In this document: one piece after another, positions 9,185 through 18,501 of the stretch | How positions within the stretch are numbered: the first letter of the stretch is position 1 | Layout: every line of letters starts with the position of its first letter | Origin: Spirochaetales bacterium | GTDB lineage: Bacteria > Spirochaetota > Spirochaetia > Treponematales > UBA12059 | NCBI GenBank assembly: GCA_016928955.1 | Contig: JAFGJV010000043.1 | Coordinates: 1-49,064, forward strand | Length of the DNA: 49,064 nucleotides | Direction of reading: 5' to 3' | Program-made: the position numbers and the translations under genes | Notes under the pieces: model-generated | What the model was told of the DNA's origin: nothing | The model's database searches: none | What the model saw: the letters and a program-made list of their open reading frames with translations, nothing else

Positions 9185-9235
9185 TAGTAAAATTGTACTA
9201 TAGACCTTGTGCCAAGGCAAGAGCGCTCCTAATAT
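9185..9235 (+). promoter_or_regulatory. Candidate promoter and operators of the galactoside operon
   Basis: TTGTGC-N17-TAATAT (9207-9235) containing palindrome GAGCGCTC; upstream TAGTA-N6-TACTA inverted repeat. Confidence 0.45.
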
Positions 9236-9270
9236 GGTGACCAGGAACAGGAAAGCGAGACATCCTCCCC

Positions 9271-11433
9271 ATGGCAGAACTGAGATGGAACCCCTTGTTG
9301 AGAACCTGGACCCTGGTGGCGTCCAGCAGGCAGAACCGACCCCACATGCCCGCGGATTTTTGTCCGTTCTGCCCGTCCTCGGGCAAGGTGCCCGCAGACT
9401 ACGTTGTCCACACGTATGACAACGACTTTCCCGTGCTCAAACAGGACCCGGACCCTGCGGACGCGTCGGACACCCACGGCCCGTACCGCGTGGAGGAGGC
9501 CTACGGCAAGTGCGAGGTCATCCTGTACTCGCCGGACCACTACACCACCCTGTCCGAGCTGTCCGTGGGCCATATCCGCAGGCTGGTGGACCTGTGGCGG
9601 GATCGAGACCGGGCCTTGTCCGCCGATCCCAAGGTTAAGCTTGTCTTCCCCTTTGAGAACAAGGGCCGGGAAGTGGGCGTGACCATGCCCCACCCCCACG
9701 GCCAGATATACGCCTACGGGCACGTGCCCTTGAAGCTCAGGACCGAGCTGGACTCGGCCAGGGACTATTTTGACTCCCACGCCCGCTGTCTTTTCTGCGA
9801 CATGCTCGCGGAGGAACGGCGCAGGGACGTTCGGGTCATCGCAGACAACGGGCTTTTTACCGCCTTCCTTCCGCACTTCACCGATTATCCCTACGGCGCG
9901 TTCATACAGTCCAACAGCCACCTCCCGTCGCTCGCGGCCTTGGACGACGACGCCGCGGACGGCCTTGCGGACATGCTCAAAGAGCTGACCGGCGCCTTTG
10001 ACGCCCTGTACGACAAGCCCTTTCCGTACATGATGGTCATGCACCAGGCTCCGGTGAACAGCCCCGAGTACGCACAGGCCGGACATTACTTCCATTTCCA
10101 CATCGAATTCTACACGCCGCTCCGGGCGCGTGACCGCATCAAGTACTACGCGTCCTCCGAGATGGGCGCGTGGGCCGCCGCCAACGTGGTGGACGTTGAG
10201 GACAGCGCCGTTACCCTGCGCTCGGCCAGGCTCAAATTCCTGGACCGCCACCTGCCGGAGCGCCATGAGCCCGCCCTGCGCGCCGAATTCATCCGCGCCT
10301 TCGGCCAGGCCGCGGCGGACATACAGCACTTCCAGTCGCCCGCCCGCGTCAACCTGATAGGCGAGCACATAGACTACAACGGTGGCCTGGTACTGCCCGT
10401 CACCATCGACCTCAAACTGCATCTTGCCGTGAGGCTCCGCGACGACGACACCGTGCGCGCGCTCACCCTGCAGTTTCCCGGTCCCGCCCAAACCACCACG
10501 CTCGGCCAGCTTGCATCCTTCAAGGGCGGGACGGGCTGGCAGGATTACGTGTTCGGCGTGGCGGCAACCCTGGCTAGAAAACGTCCGGGGGCCATAGACC
10601 GCGGCTTTGACCTCTTGTACTCGGGCAGCATCCCGGACGGCGCGGGCCTGTCGTCGTCGGCCGCCCTTGAAGCCGTCACGGCTGCCGCCCTCAACGACCT
10701 GTTCGGGCTCGGCCTGGACCGCCCCGAACTTGCCGCCCTGTGCCGCGAGGCAGAGATTGCCTACGCCGGCGTGCAGTGCGGCATCATGGACCAGTACGCG
10801 GTGCTCAACGGCACGGACTCGGCCGCCGTGCTCCTGGACTGCGGCCGCCTGACCCACGAGCTCCTGCCCTTCAGACTCGGCGGGGCCAGGCTCGTCGTCA
10901 TGAACACCAACAAAGCGCGCAGGCTCGGCTCGTCCAAGTACAACGAGCGCCTGGCGGAGTGCCGCGCGGCACTTGAGCGCCTGGCGGCCTGGCGTAAGAA
11001 GCCGGACCTCTGCTCGTACACGCAGGACGAACTGCCCGGCATGGAGAGCGCCATAGCGGACGCGACGCTGTTCGCGCGGGCGCGCCACTGCGTCACGGAG
11101 CAGGCCAGGGTCGTCCAGGCGGCTGACGCGCTCAGGAACGGAGACATCGAGCGCTTTGGAAAGCTACTGGCGGAGTCGCACCAGTCCCTGCGCGCCGACT
11201 ACCAGGTAACCGGGGCCGAGCTGGACGCCCTGTGCGACGCGGCGGCTGCCCAGGACGGCTGTTACGGCGCGCGCATGACCGGAGCAGGGTTCGGAGGCTG
11301 CGCCCTGGCCCTGGTCCGGGATGAGGCCGTGCCCGCGTTCAAACGCGCCGTGGAGCGCCTGTACGCGGAACGCACCGGCCTGGAATGCTCGATCTATCCG
11401 TGCGTGCCCTCGGCCGGAGCGGGAAGGGCCTAG
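9271..11433 (+). CDS. galT-galK: Bifunctional galactose-1-phosphate uridylyltransferase / galactokinase fusion
   Basis: N-half: ELRWNPL, CPFCP, FENKG, HPHGQ (GalT). C-half: RVNLIGEHIDYNGG, GAGLSSSAA, CGIMDQ, GARMTGAGFGGC (GalK). One uninterrupted 720-aa frame. Confidence 0.93.
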   Translation: MAELRWNPLLRTWTLVASSRQNRPHMPADFCPFCPSSGKVPADYVVHTYDNDFPVLKQDPDPADASDTHGPYRVEEAYGKCEVILYSPDHYTTLSELSVGHIRRLVDLWRDRDRALSADPKVKLVFPFENKGREVGVTMPHPHGQIYAYGHVPLKLRTELDSARDYFDSHARCLFCDMLAEERRRDVRVIADNGLFTAFLPHFTDYPYGAFIQSNSHLPSLAALDDDAADGLADMLKELTGAFDALYDKPFPYMMVMHQAPVNSPEYAQAGHYFHFHIEFYTPLRARDRIKYYASSEMGAWAAANVVDVEDSAVTLRSARLKFLDRHLPERHEPALRAEFIRAFGQAAADIQHFQSPARVNLIGEHIDYNGGLVLPVTIDLKLHLAVRLRDDDTVRALTLQFPGPAQTTTLGQLASFKGGTGWQDYVFGVAATLARKRPGAIDRGFDLLYSGSIPDGAGLSSSAALEAVTAAALNDLFGLGLDRPELAALCREAEIAYAGVQCGIMDQYAVLNGTDSAAVLLDCGRLTHELLPFRLGGARLVVMNTNKARRLGSSKYNERLAECRAALERLAAWRKKPDLCSYTQDELPGMESAIADATLFARARHCVTEQARVVQAADALRNGDIERFGKLLAESHQSLRADYQVTGAELDALCDAAAAQDGCYGARMTGAGFGGCALALVRDEAVPAFKRAVERLYAERTGLECSIYPCVPSAGAGRA

Positions 11434-11435
11434 GC

Positions 11436-12377
11436 ATGGCCTTCAGCAAGGCCAGCTACCTTGGCCAGGAATCGTGGATGCTCAGGACTCGCCGCTTTGT
11501 CATGCATGTGCTCCCGGGCCTGGGCGCCAAGATAGCGTCCGTGTACGACACGGAGCGCCGCTTTGAGTACCTGTTCCAGCCCGCGGACGGATCGTACCGC
11601 GTGCCCAACGGCCAGGCGGCCTTCTCGGACCACGACACGTCCGGCATGGACGACATGCTGCCCACCATAGACGAATGCGCGTTGACGGCCGGCGGGCATG
11701 CATACAGGCTCGGCGACCACGGAGAGGCATGGCGCGTGCCCTGGCTCTGCGTTCCGGACGGCGACGCCCTGGCCTGCGGGGTAGACCTGGCAACCATGCC
11801 CCTCCGTTTCCGGCGCGTCATACGCGCGGACGGCGACGACGCGTTCACGCTCGGCTACCGCCTTGAGAATCTGTCCGACCACGAACTGCCCTGCCTGTGG
11901 GCCCTGCACGCCCTCAACACGCTGACGGACGACGCGGAACTGCGCGTGCCGCGCCCGGGTGAACCCGTCGTGTCCGTGCAGGACAGCGGCTTTCTCGGCG
12001 CCGCGGGCAGCGTCCATGCCTACCCAAGAGCCGCCTGCCAGTCCACAGAATTCGACCTGTCCCGGCCGGGCAGGCTGCCCGCCGGCATGACGGGAAAATT
12101 CTATTTCAGCCACGGAGGAGGCGCCGGTACCGCGAGCGTCGTCTATCCATCCACGGGCTGCGCGTGGAGGATCGACTATGATCCCTCCGACCTGCCGGAA
12201 CTGGGCGTGTGGATCAACACAGGCGGCTTCAAGAACGAGCGCAACCTGGCCGTGGAACCGTCCAACGCGTTCTACGACAGACTGGACAGAGCCGTGGACT
12301 ATGGAAGAGTGTCGCGGATTCCACCGCGCGGGAGCAAGGAATGGATCATCAGAATAACCCTGGCGTCTGTGGACTGA
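11436..12377 (+). CDS. Aldose 1-epimerase / galactose mutarotase-like protein
   Basis: LGAKIAS, DHGE, WALH and AVEP motifs of the mutarotase-like fold; operon context. Confidence 0.7.
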   Translation: MAFSKASYLGQESWMLRTRRFVMHVLPGLGAKIASVYDTERRFEYLFQPADGSYRVPNGQAAFSDHDTSGMDDMLPTIDECALTAGGHAYRLGDHGEAWRVPWLCVPDGDALACGVDLATMPLRFRRVIRADGDDAFTLGYRLENLSDHELPCLWALHALNTLTDDAELRVPRPGEPVVSVQDSGFLGAAGSVHAYPRAACQSTEFDLSRPGRLPAGMTGKFYFSHGGGAGTASVVYPSTGCAWRIDYDPSDLPELGVWINTGGFKNERNLAVEPSNAFYDRLDRAVDYGRVSRIPPRGSKEWIIRITLASVD

Positions 12378-14254
12378 GCTGGACCCGCGCTCGCGTCACG
12401 GCGCGCGAGCGGAAGGGCGGCCGCAGGAGGGTCTTTGACTACGAGCTCCGGGGCGGACGGGCCGATGGGCTGTCCATCGTCGCCTCACCCGACACATCGG
12501 GCGCGGGCTCCGTCATCCGGCTGGACTGGACGGCGCCGGAGAACCTGGTCCTGGAACGCGCCGAGCTGGTAGCCGCCTGTGACCTCCGCGGCTGCCTGAT
12601 GCTGTCCAACGGCTTCCAGAGCTGGAGCACGTCGGGCGAGCTGGGCGCCAGGGACCGCCTGCCCGGCGTCAACCGCCCGGCGTCCGCCCTGTTCCAGTTC
12701 AGGCAGTACGGCGACTACCATTTCAGGCGCTCAAGCGCTAAGCGCGGCGACATAAGCTCCTACAGCTACAGCTACCTGCGCCGCGACGGCGTCATCAGGC
12801 TGTTCTGCTGCTCCCTGGACGAAACCACCGGCTACACGGTCATACGCGGGAATTTCCGCGCCGGCACGCTGGGTTTTGAGAAAGACTGCCAGGGCCTGGA
12901 AGCCAAGCGCGGCGGCACGCTCCGCCTTTTCGAGATTCTTGTGTCAGACACGGCCGACCCGGCCATCCTGGACCGCTGCCTTGCCCGCGGGTCCGCCCAA
13001 GCAACGGAGCGGCCGGCGGTCAGCGGCTGGACCAGCTGGTACAACTACTACACGGGCATTTCGGAAGACATCGTGGACAACAACCTGGCGGCCCTCCAAA
13101 AAAGCGGCCTGCCCCTGGACTATTTCCAGATAGACGACGGCTACCAGGAAAGCCTTGGCGACTGGCTCACACCCAACAGGAAATTCCCGTCGGGCATGGA
13201 AGCCGTGGCCGACCGCGTGCACGCCGCCGGCTTCAAGGCCGGCCTCTGGCTGGCGCCGTTCATCTGCGAGAAACGCTCAACCGTGTTCCGCGAGCACACC
13301 GACTGGCTCCTGAGGGACAGCCGGGGGCGCCTGGTGAAGGGCGGGTGGAATCCGGCCTGGGGCAACGTATTCTACGTCCTGGACGTGCTCAAGCCTGAGG
13401 TCCAGGCGCACCTTGAAAGCGTGTTCCGCACGGTATTGGCAGACTGGCGCTATGACATGGTCAAGCTGGATTTCCTGTACGCCGCAGCCCTGGTACCCCG
13501 CGCCGGGCTTACGCGCGCCGGCGTTATGACCCTGGCCATGGACCTGCTCAGGCGTTGGGCTGGACACAAGGAAATCCTGGGCTGCGGCGTGCCCCTGTGG
13601 CCCGCGTTCGGCGCCGTGGACTACTGCCGCATAGGGAGCGACGTGGCCCCGTACTGGGAAGACCGCCTCCTGTCCCTCCTGCGCTACCGCGAACGGGTGT
13701 CCACGCGCAATTCCCTCCAGAGCACGCTGGCGCGCTATCAGCTGGACGGCCGCGCCTTCCGCAACGACCCCGACGTGTTCATTCTCAGGACCGCGGGAAA
13801 CAAACTGAGTCCCGACCAGAAACGGACCCTCTTCCTTCTCAACAACATCCTGGGAGGCCTGGTGTTCTTCTCCGATTACGTGGGCGACTACGGTAACGAC
13901 GAATGGCGCCTCATACGGTCCATGTTCCCCCGGATCCGGGCGGACGTGCGAGACGTCGTCGAGAAGGCCGGCGTGTACAGCGTGTCCTTCACGGCGGCCG
14001 GCCGAGACTACACGGCCCTGGCCAACCTGACGGGCAAATCCGTAACCGCCGCTTTGCCGGACGGCCCGCACTACGGTCCCGAATCCGGCCCGCGCACGGG
14101 TCCCTGCTCGGTTACCCTCAGGCCCCACGCCTCCGAGTGCTTTGCGCGACTATCAGGAACCGACGCCGCCTCTAAGGGCGGCACAAGCCACATATTTCCG
14201 TTCGCGGACCGGGAAGCGCCGGCAGGCGCGCTCGGCACCGGCACCAAGGAGTAA
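12341..14254 (+). CDS. Alpha-galactosidase (GH36)
   Basis: GWTSWYNYY, FQIDDGYQ, GLWLAPF, VKLDF (nucleophile), RIGSDVAP, NDPDV; start probably ATG 12341. Confidence 0.88.
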   Translation: MDHQNNPGVCGLSWTRARVTARERKGGRRRVFDYELRGGRADGLSIVASPDTSGAGSVIRLDWTAPENLVLERAELVAACDLRGCLMLSNGFQSWSTSGELGARDRLPGVNRPASALFQFRQYGDYHFRRSSAKRGDISSYSYSYLRRDGVIRLFCCSLDETTGYTVIRGNFRAGTLGFEKDCQGLEAKRGGTLRLFEILVSDTADPAILDRCLARGSAQATERPAVSGWTSWYNYYTGISEDIVDNNLAALQKSGLPLDYFQIDDGYQESLGDWLTPNRKFPSGMEAVADRVHAAGFKAGLWLAPFICEKRSTVFREHTDWLLRDSRGRLVKGGWNPAWGNVFYVLDVLKPEVQAHLESVFRTVLADWRYDMVKLDFLYAAALVPRAGLTRAGVMTLAMDLLRRWAGHKEILGCGVPLWPAFGAVDYCRIGSDVAPYWEDRLLSLLRYRERVSTRNSLQSTLARYQLDGRAFRNDPDVFILRTAGNKLSPDQKRTLFLLNNILGGLVFFSDYVGDYGNDEWRLIRSMFPRIRADVRDVVEKAGVYSVSFTAAGRDYTALANLTGKSVTAALPDGPHYGPESGPRTGPCSVTLRPHASECFARLSGTDAASKGGTSHIFPFADREAPAGALGTGTKE

Positions 14255-14257
14255 GCC

Positions 14258-15655
14258 ATGGTTGAGAAACTTCCGGTATGGAAACTCATCATTTTCTCGC
14301 TCGGCCAGTTCGGCTGGTCGCTCGTGTCGTTCAACGTGGGCAACACGCTGACGTATTTCTACATGCCGCCGGTCCAGAACGGGCAATCGGCCTTTCCCGT
14401 GTTCATCTTCCAGGGCGTGGTGCTCGGCATAGCCACGGTCATAGGGCTCATCAATTCGTCCAGCCGCATCTTTGACGCGGTGACCGATCCCCTGGTGGCC
14501 AATCTCAGCGACCGCAGCAAGTCAAAGCTCGGGCGGCGGCGCGTGTTCATGGCAAGCTCGGCCCTGCCCCTCGCCCTGTTCGCAGCCCTGGTGTTCCTGC
14601 CCCCGGTTCAGGGAGAGAGCGCGGCCAACGCCGCGTGGCTGATCGTCGTCATGTTCGTCTACTACTGGTTCATGACCATGTACGTCACGCCGTACACCGC
14701 CCTGTTCAGCGAGCTGGGTCACGACTCTGCCCAGCGCCTGACCATCAGCACGGTCACCTCGGTGACCTGGGCGCTGGGCTTCGCCGTGGGCAACCAGATA
14801 TACGTCATCAAGGACCTGCTGGTGAGCGCCACGGGCATGACGCCTCTGGCCGCCTTCCAGACCGGCGTGGTCGCCTTCTCCGTGCTGGCCGCGGTCATGA
14901 TGCTCCTGCCCGTCATCTTCATCGACGAAAAACGCTACAGCGTGCACCAGCGCTCGGAGGACAGCCTGGGGCAGTCGCTGAAATCCGTGGTCAAGGAAAA
15001 ATTTTTTGTGTACTTTGCCTTTTCCGACCTGGCCTACTGGCTGTCCATGACCTTCATACAAATAGGCATCAGCTATTACATCACCATACTCCTAGGGCTT
15101 TCGTCGTCCATGATATCGTTCTTCATGCTGCTGTTGTTCCTGCTCAGCTTCGTGTTCTACGCTCCCATACATTTCATCGCCTCGCGCCTGGGCAAGAAGA
15201 AGGTGCTGATAGCGGCCTTTGCCATCTTTGCCCTGGTGTTCGCGCTGGTGGCGTCGTTCGGTTTCCTGCCCCTGCCGGCCATCGCGCAGGCCTACCTGAT
15301 CATCGTCCTCACGTCCATACCGATAGCCATATTCGGCATCCTGCCCAACGCCATCGTCGCCGACATAGCCGAGTACAACGGCCAGAAAACCGGCAGTTTC
15401 AAGGCCGGCATTTTCTACGGGGCGCGCACCTTCATGATGAAACAGGGTATATGGCTGGCCAATTTCATCTTCCCGTCGTTCCTGCTGCTCGGCAAGAGCA
15501 CGGACAACAGCCTGGGCATACGCCTGACCGCCGTGGCGGCCGTGGTGTTTTCCCTCGTCGGCCTATTCCTGTTCCTGAAGTACGACGAGAAGAGCATACA
15601 AGCCTTCCTGCGCGAGCGCGGGGAGGGAAGCGGAAAGGATCACGCCCATGCTTAA
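14258..15655 (+). CDS. MFS glycoside (GPH/MelB-like) transporter
   Basis: RIFDAVTDPLVANLSDR...GRRR motif; multiple hydrophobic helices. Confidence 0.87.
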   Translation: MVEKLPVWKLIIFSLGQFGWSLVSFNVGNTLTYFYMPPVQNGQSAFPVFIFQGVVLGIATVIGLINSSSRIFDAVTDPLVANLSDRSKSKLGRRRVFMASSALPLALFAALVFLPPVQGESAANAAWLIVVMFVYYWFMTMYVTPYTALFSELGHDSAQRLTISTVTSVTWALGFAVGNQIYVIKDLLVSATGMTPLAAFQTGVVAFSVLAAVMMLLPVIFIDEKRYSVHQRSEDSLGQSLKSVVKEKFFVYFAFSDLAYWLSMTFIQIGISYYITILLGLSSSMISFFMLLLFLLSFVFYAPIHFIASRLGKKKVLIAAFAIFALVFALVASFGFLPLPAIAQAYLIIVLTSIPIAIFGILPNAIVADIAEYNGQKTGSFKAGIFYGARTFMMKQGIWLANFIFPSFLLLGKSTDNSLGIRLTAVAAVVFSLVGLFLFLKYDEKSIQAFLRERGEGSGKDHAHA

Positions 15656-16949
15656 GCCCTTTGCCCTGCCTGAAAACCTGCTCATGGGCAGCGCCACGGC
15701 ATCGCTCCAGATAGAGGGCGGCGACACCAACAACTCGTGGTACGCCTGGGCCGAGCGCGGCGGCATAGCCGACGGCTCCAAGACATCGCCGGCGGCGGAC
15801 CACTGGAACCGCGTGGGCCAGGACGTGGCCCTCATGAAGGAGCTTAAGCACCAGGTATACCGCATGAGCCTGGAGTGGAGCCGCATAGAGCCCGAAGCCG
15901 GCAGATTCTCCGCGGACGCCCTGGCCCACTACCGGGGCGAGATCGAGAGACTGATCAAGGCCGGCATCAAGCCCCTGGTGACCCTGCATCATTTTTCCAA
16001 TCCCCTGTGGTTCGAGAACTCGGGCGGCTGGCTCAGGGACGACGCCCCTTCGGTCTTCCAGGCGTACGCGCGCGCGGTGACGGAAGCGCTCGGCGACCTG
16101 GTGTCCGACTGGGTGACCATCAACGAGCCGAACGTGTACCTCACCAACGGCTACGTGTACGGCATCTGGCCACCCGGGCGCACAAGCCCCAAGGACATGT
16201 TCGCCGCAGCGGCCAACATGATAGACGCCCACATCCTGGCTTACGGCACCATCCATGACGTCCGCTCGGACATGGGCAGGACGGACACCATGGCCGGTGC
16301 CGCCCATCACCTGCGCGTGTTCGATCCGGCCTCGGGCAATCCTTTGGACACATTGGTGGCCAAGCTCTTTGAGTACCTGTTCCAGGGCCTGTTCCTGGAC
16401 GGCATGCTGGACGGCTCCCGCCGCCTGCCCCTGCGCCGCCACCGCGCCGCCCTTCCCGGCCGGGTCAGCGACTTCCTGGGCATCAATTATTACACGCGGG
16501 ACCTGGTCAGCTTCACGCCGTCGGCCAGGACGCAGTTCGGGCGCCTGTCCGTCAAGCCCGGCTCTCCGGTGAACGACCTCGGCTGGGAGATATACCCCGA
16601 GGGCCTGTACCGCCTTGTCCGGAAGTACCACCGGAGGTACGGACTGCCCGTCTACATTACGGAAAACGGCATAGCCGACAGGGCGGACGCGCGGAGGAGC
16701 CGCTACCTGTACGACCACCTGTACCAGCTCAGGCGCCTTGCCGACGAGGGCGTGGACCTGCGCTGCTACTGCCACTGGACGACCATGGACAACTTCGAGT
16801 GGATGGAAGGCTTTACGGCGCGTTTTGGCCTTGTCGAGCTGGACCCGGCAACGCAGAAGCGAACCGTGAGGAAGTCCGGCCGCTTTTTTGCCGAAATAGC
16901 CGCCGCCAGGGGAGTGACCCAGGACATGATCCGGAACTACCTTGGATAG
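15648..16949 (+). CDS. GH1 beta-glycosidase
   Basis: ATASLQIEG, YRMSLEWSRIEP, TINEP (acid/base), ITENG (nucleophile), DNFEW. Confidence 0.93.
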   Translation: MLKPFALPENLLMGSATASLQIEGGDTNNSWYAWAERGGIADGSKTSPAADHWNRVGQDVALMKELKHQVYRMSLEWSRIEPEAGRFSADALAHYRGEIERLIKAGIKPLVTLHHFSNPLWFENSGGWLRDDAPSVFQAYARAVTEALGDLVSDWVTINEPNVYLTNGYVYGIWPPGRTSPKDMFAAAANMIDAHILAYGTIHDVRSDMGRTDTMAGAAHHLRVFDPASGNPLDTLVAKLFEYLFQGLFLDGMLDGSRRLPLRRHRAALPGRVSDFLGINYYTRDLVSFTPSARTQFGRLSVKPGSPVNDLGWEIYPEGLYRLVRKYHRRYGLPVYITENGIADRADARRSRYLYDHLYQLRRLADEGVDLRCYCHWTTMDNFEWMEGFTARFGLVELDPATQKRTVRKSGRFFAEIAAARGVTQDMIRNYLG

Positions 16950-16999
16950 ATCGATGCCGCCCCCTTCCTTTTTTGGGCGGCATTTCACATAATGACACC

Positions 17000-18424
17000 A
17001 TGAACCAGAGAAAACTGACCAAGATAGTGGCCACCATATCCGATTCCCGTTGCGATACGGAGTTCCTCGGCCAGCTTTTTGAGGCCGGCGTCAACGTCGT
17101 CAGGCTGAACACGGCGCACCAGACGCCCGATGTGTCGGCCACGGTGGTCAAAAACGTGCGCGCCGTGAGCAACACGGTGGCCATCCTGGTGGACACCAAG
17201 GGCCCGGAGGTCCGCGTCCGCGGCCTGCCAGCCCCGCTTGAGCTCAAGGCCGGCGACACGGTGACCATACCCAAGGTGGACGAGACGCGGAAGGGTTTTT
17301 CCGTGTCCTATGACGGCTTTGTGGCCGAGGTGCCCCTGGGCTCCCGCATCCTGATGGACGACGGCTGCATAGAGCTTGCGGTCAAGAACACGGCCAACGG
17401 CATGCTCCTGTGCGAGGTGATGAACGACGGCGTCCTCAAGGATCGCAAGAACGTCAACGTGCCCAACGTCAACCTGCGCGTGCCCTCGCTGTCGGACAAG
17501 GACCGCTTGTACCTCAAATTCGTCGCGGAGCAGGGCGTGGACTTTGTGGCCCACTCCTTTGTGCGCAACAAGGACGACGTGGCCGAGGTGCGACGCATCC
17601 TGGACGGCTACGGATCCAAGGCAAAAATCATAGCCAAGATAGAGAACATCCAGGGCGTGACCAACCTGCCGGAAATCCTGGACTATGCGGACGGGGTCAT
17701 GGTGGCGCGCGGCGACCTGGGCGTGGAAATCCCGCTGGAGCGCATACCGGGCATCCAGAAGCACATCATCCAGGCATGCATCAAAAAGGGCAAACCCGTG
17801 ATCACGGCCACGCAGATGCTCCACACCATGATAGAGAACCCCCGCCCCACCCGAGCCGAGGTGTCGGACGTGGCCAACGCCGTGTTCGACGGCACAGACG
17901 CCCTCATGCTGTCCGGAGAGACCGCGCAGGGCAAGTATCCCCTGGAAGCCGTCCGGACCATGGCGCGCATAGCCCTCCAGGCCGAGAGCCAGAAGCCCCG
18001 CGCGGAGCAGCAGGACAGCGAGGCCACGCTCAACCAGGTACGCAACTACCTGGCCCGGGGGGCGGCCATGAGCGCCCAGCGCCTGCCGGTCAAGGCCATC
18101 ATCGCGGACACGGAAACCGGCCGGATAGCCAGGCTCATTTCCAGCTACCGCAGCCACGTGCCCATATACGCGTTCAGTCCCCAGCTGTCCACGGTGCGCT
18201 CCCTGAGCCTGTCCTACGGGGTGTATTCCGAGCTGTCGGACGCGCCGCGCAGCACGGACCAGCTGGTGTCCAGCTCCCTGGCCAGCCTGGTGGAACGCTC
18301 GTCCATCGAGGAAGACGACCTGGTCGTCATCATAGGCGGCGCCCCGGGCAAAAGCGACACGACCAACTTCCTGGAGATCAACACGGCCGCCGCGTGCCTT
18401 GGAAAACACAACAAGCATCGGTAA
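17000..18424 (+). CDS. pyk: Pyruvate kinase
   Basis: TKIVAT, DTKGPEVR, IIAKIEN, MVARGDLGVE, ATQML, PTRAEVSDVANA, MLSGETA; no SD, CATAAT 6 nt before ATG. Confidence 0.96.
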   Translation: MNQRKLTKIVATISDSRCDTEFLGQLFEAGVNVVRLNTAHQTPDVSATVVKNVRAVSNTVAILVDTKGPEVRVRGLPAPLELKAGDTVTIPKVDETRKGFSVSYDGFVAEVPLGSRILMDDGCIELAVKNTANGMLLCEVMNDGVLKDRKNVNVPNVNLRVPSLSDKDRLYLKFVAEQGVDFVAHSFVRNKDDVAEVRRILDGYGSKAKIIAKIENIQGVTNLPEILDYADGVMVARGDLGVEIPLERIPGIQKHIIQACIKKGKPVITATQMLHTMIENPRPTRAEVSDVANAVFDGTDALMLSGETAQGKYPLEAVRTMARIALQAESQKPRAEQQDSEATLNQVRNYLARGAAMSAQRLPVKAIIADTETGRIARLISSYRSHVPIYAFSPQLSTVRSLSLSYGVYSELSDAPRSTDQLVSSSLASLVERSSIEEDDLVVIIGGAPGKSDTTNFLEINTAAACLGKHNKHR

Positions 18425-18501
18425 CCACGGCTCAGCTTCGTCGCTTTCATTCCGATACTGAAACGGGAGGGCCCGCGGGTCCCTTCAGGAAGGCGGTGCC
18501 C

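Noticed and set aside
10256..10270. GGAG...ATG at the GalT/GalK junction as an internal galK start
   Set aside because: The ATG is out of frame with galactokinase.
9229..16988. Long minus-strand ORFs opposite the gal operon (619, 507, 283 aa)
   Set aside because: Antisense shadows of well-supported plus-strand genes.
17410..18501. N-terminal extension of the 771-aa ORF suggesting a pyk-OmpA overlap or fusion
   Set aside because: Off-frame read of pyk; the real gene starts at ATG 18502 with a signal peptide.
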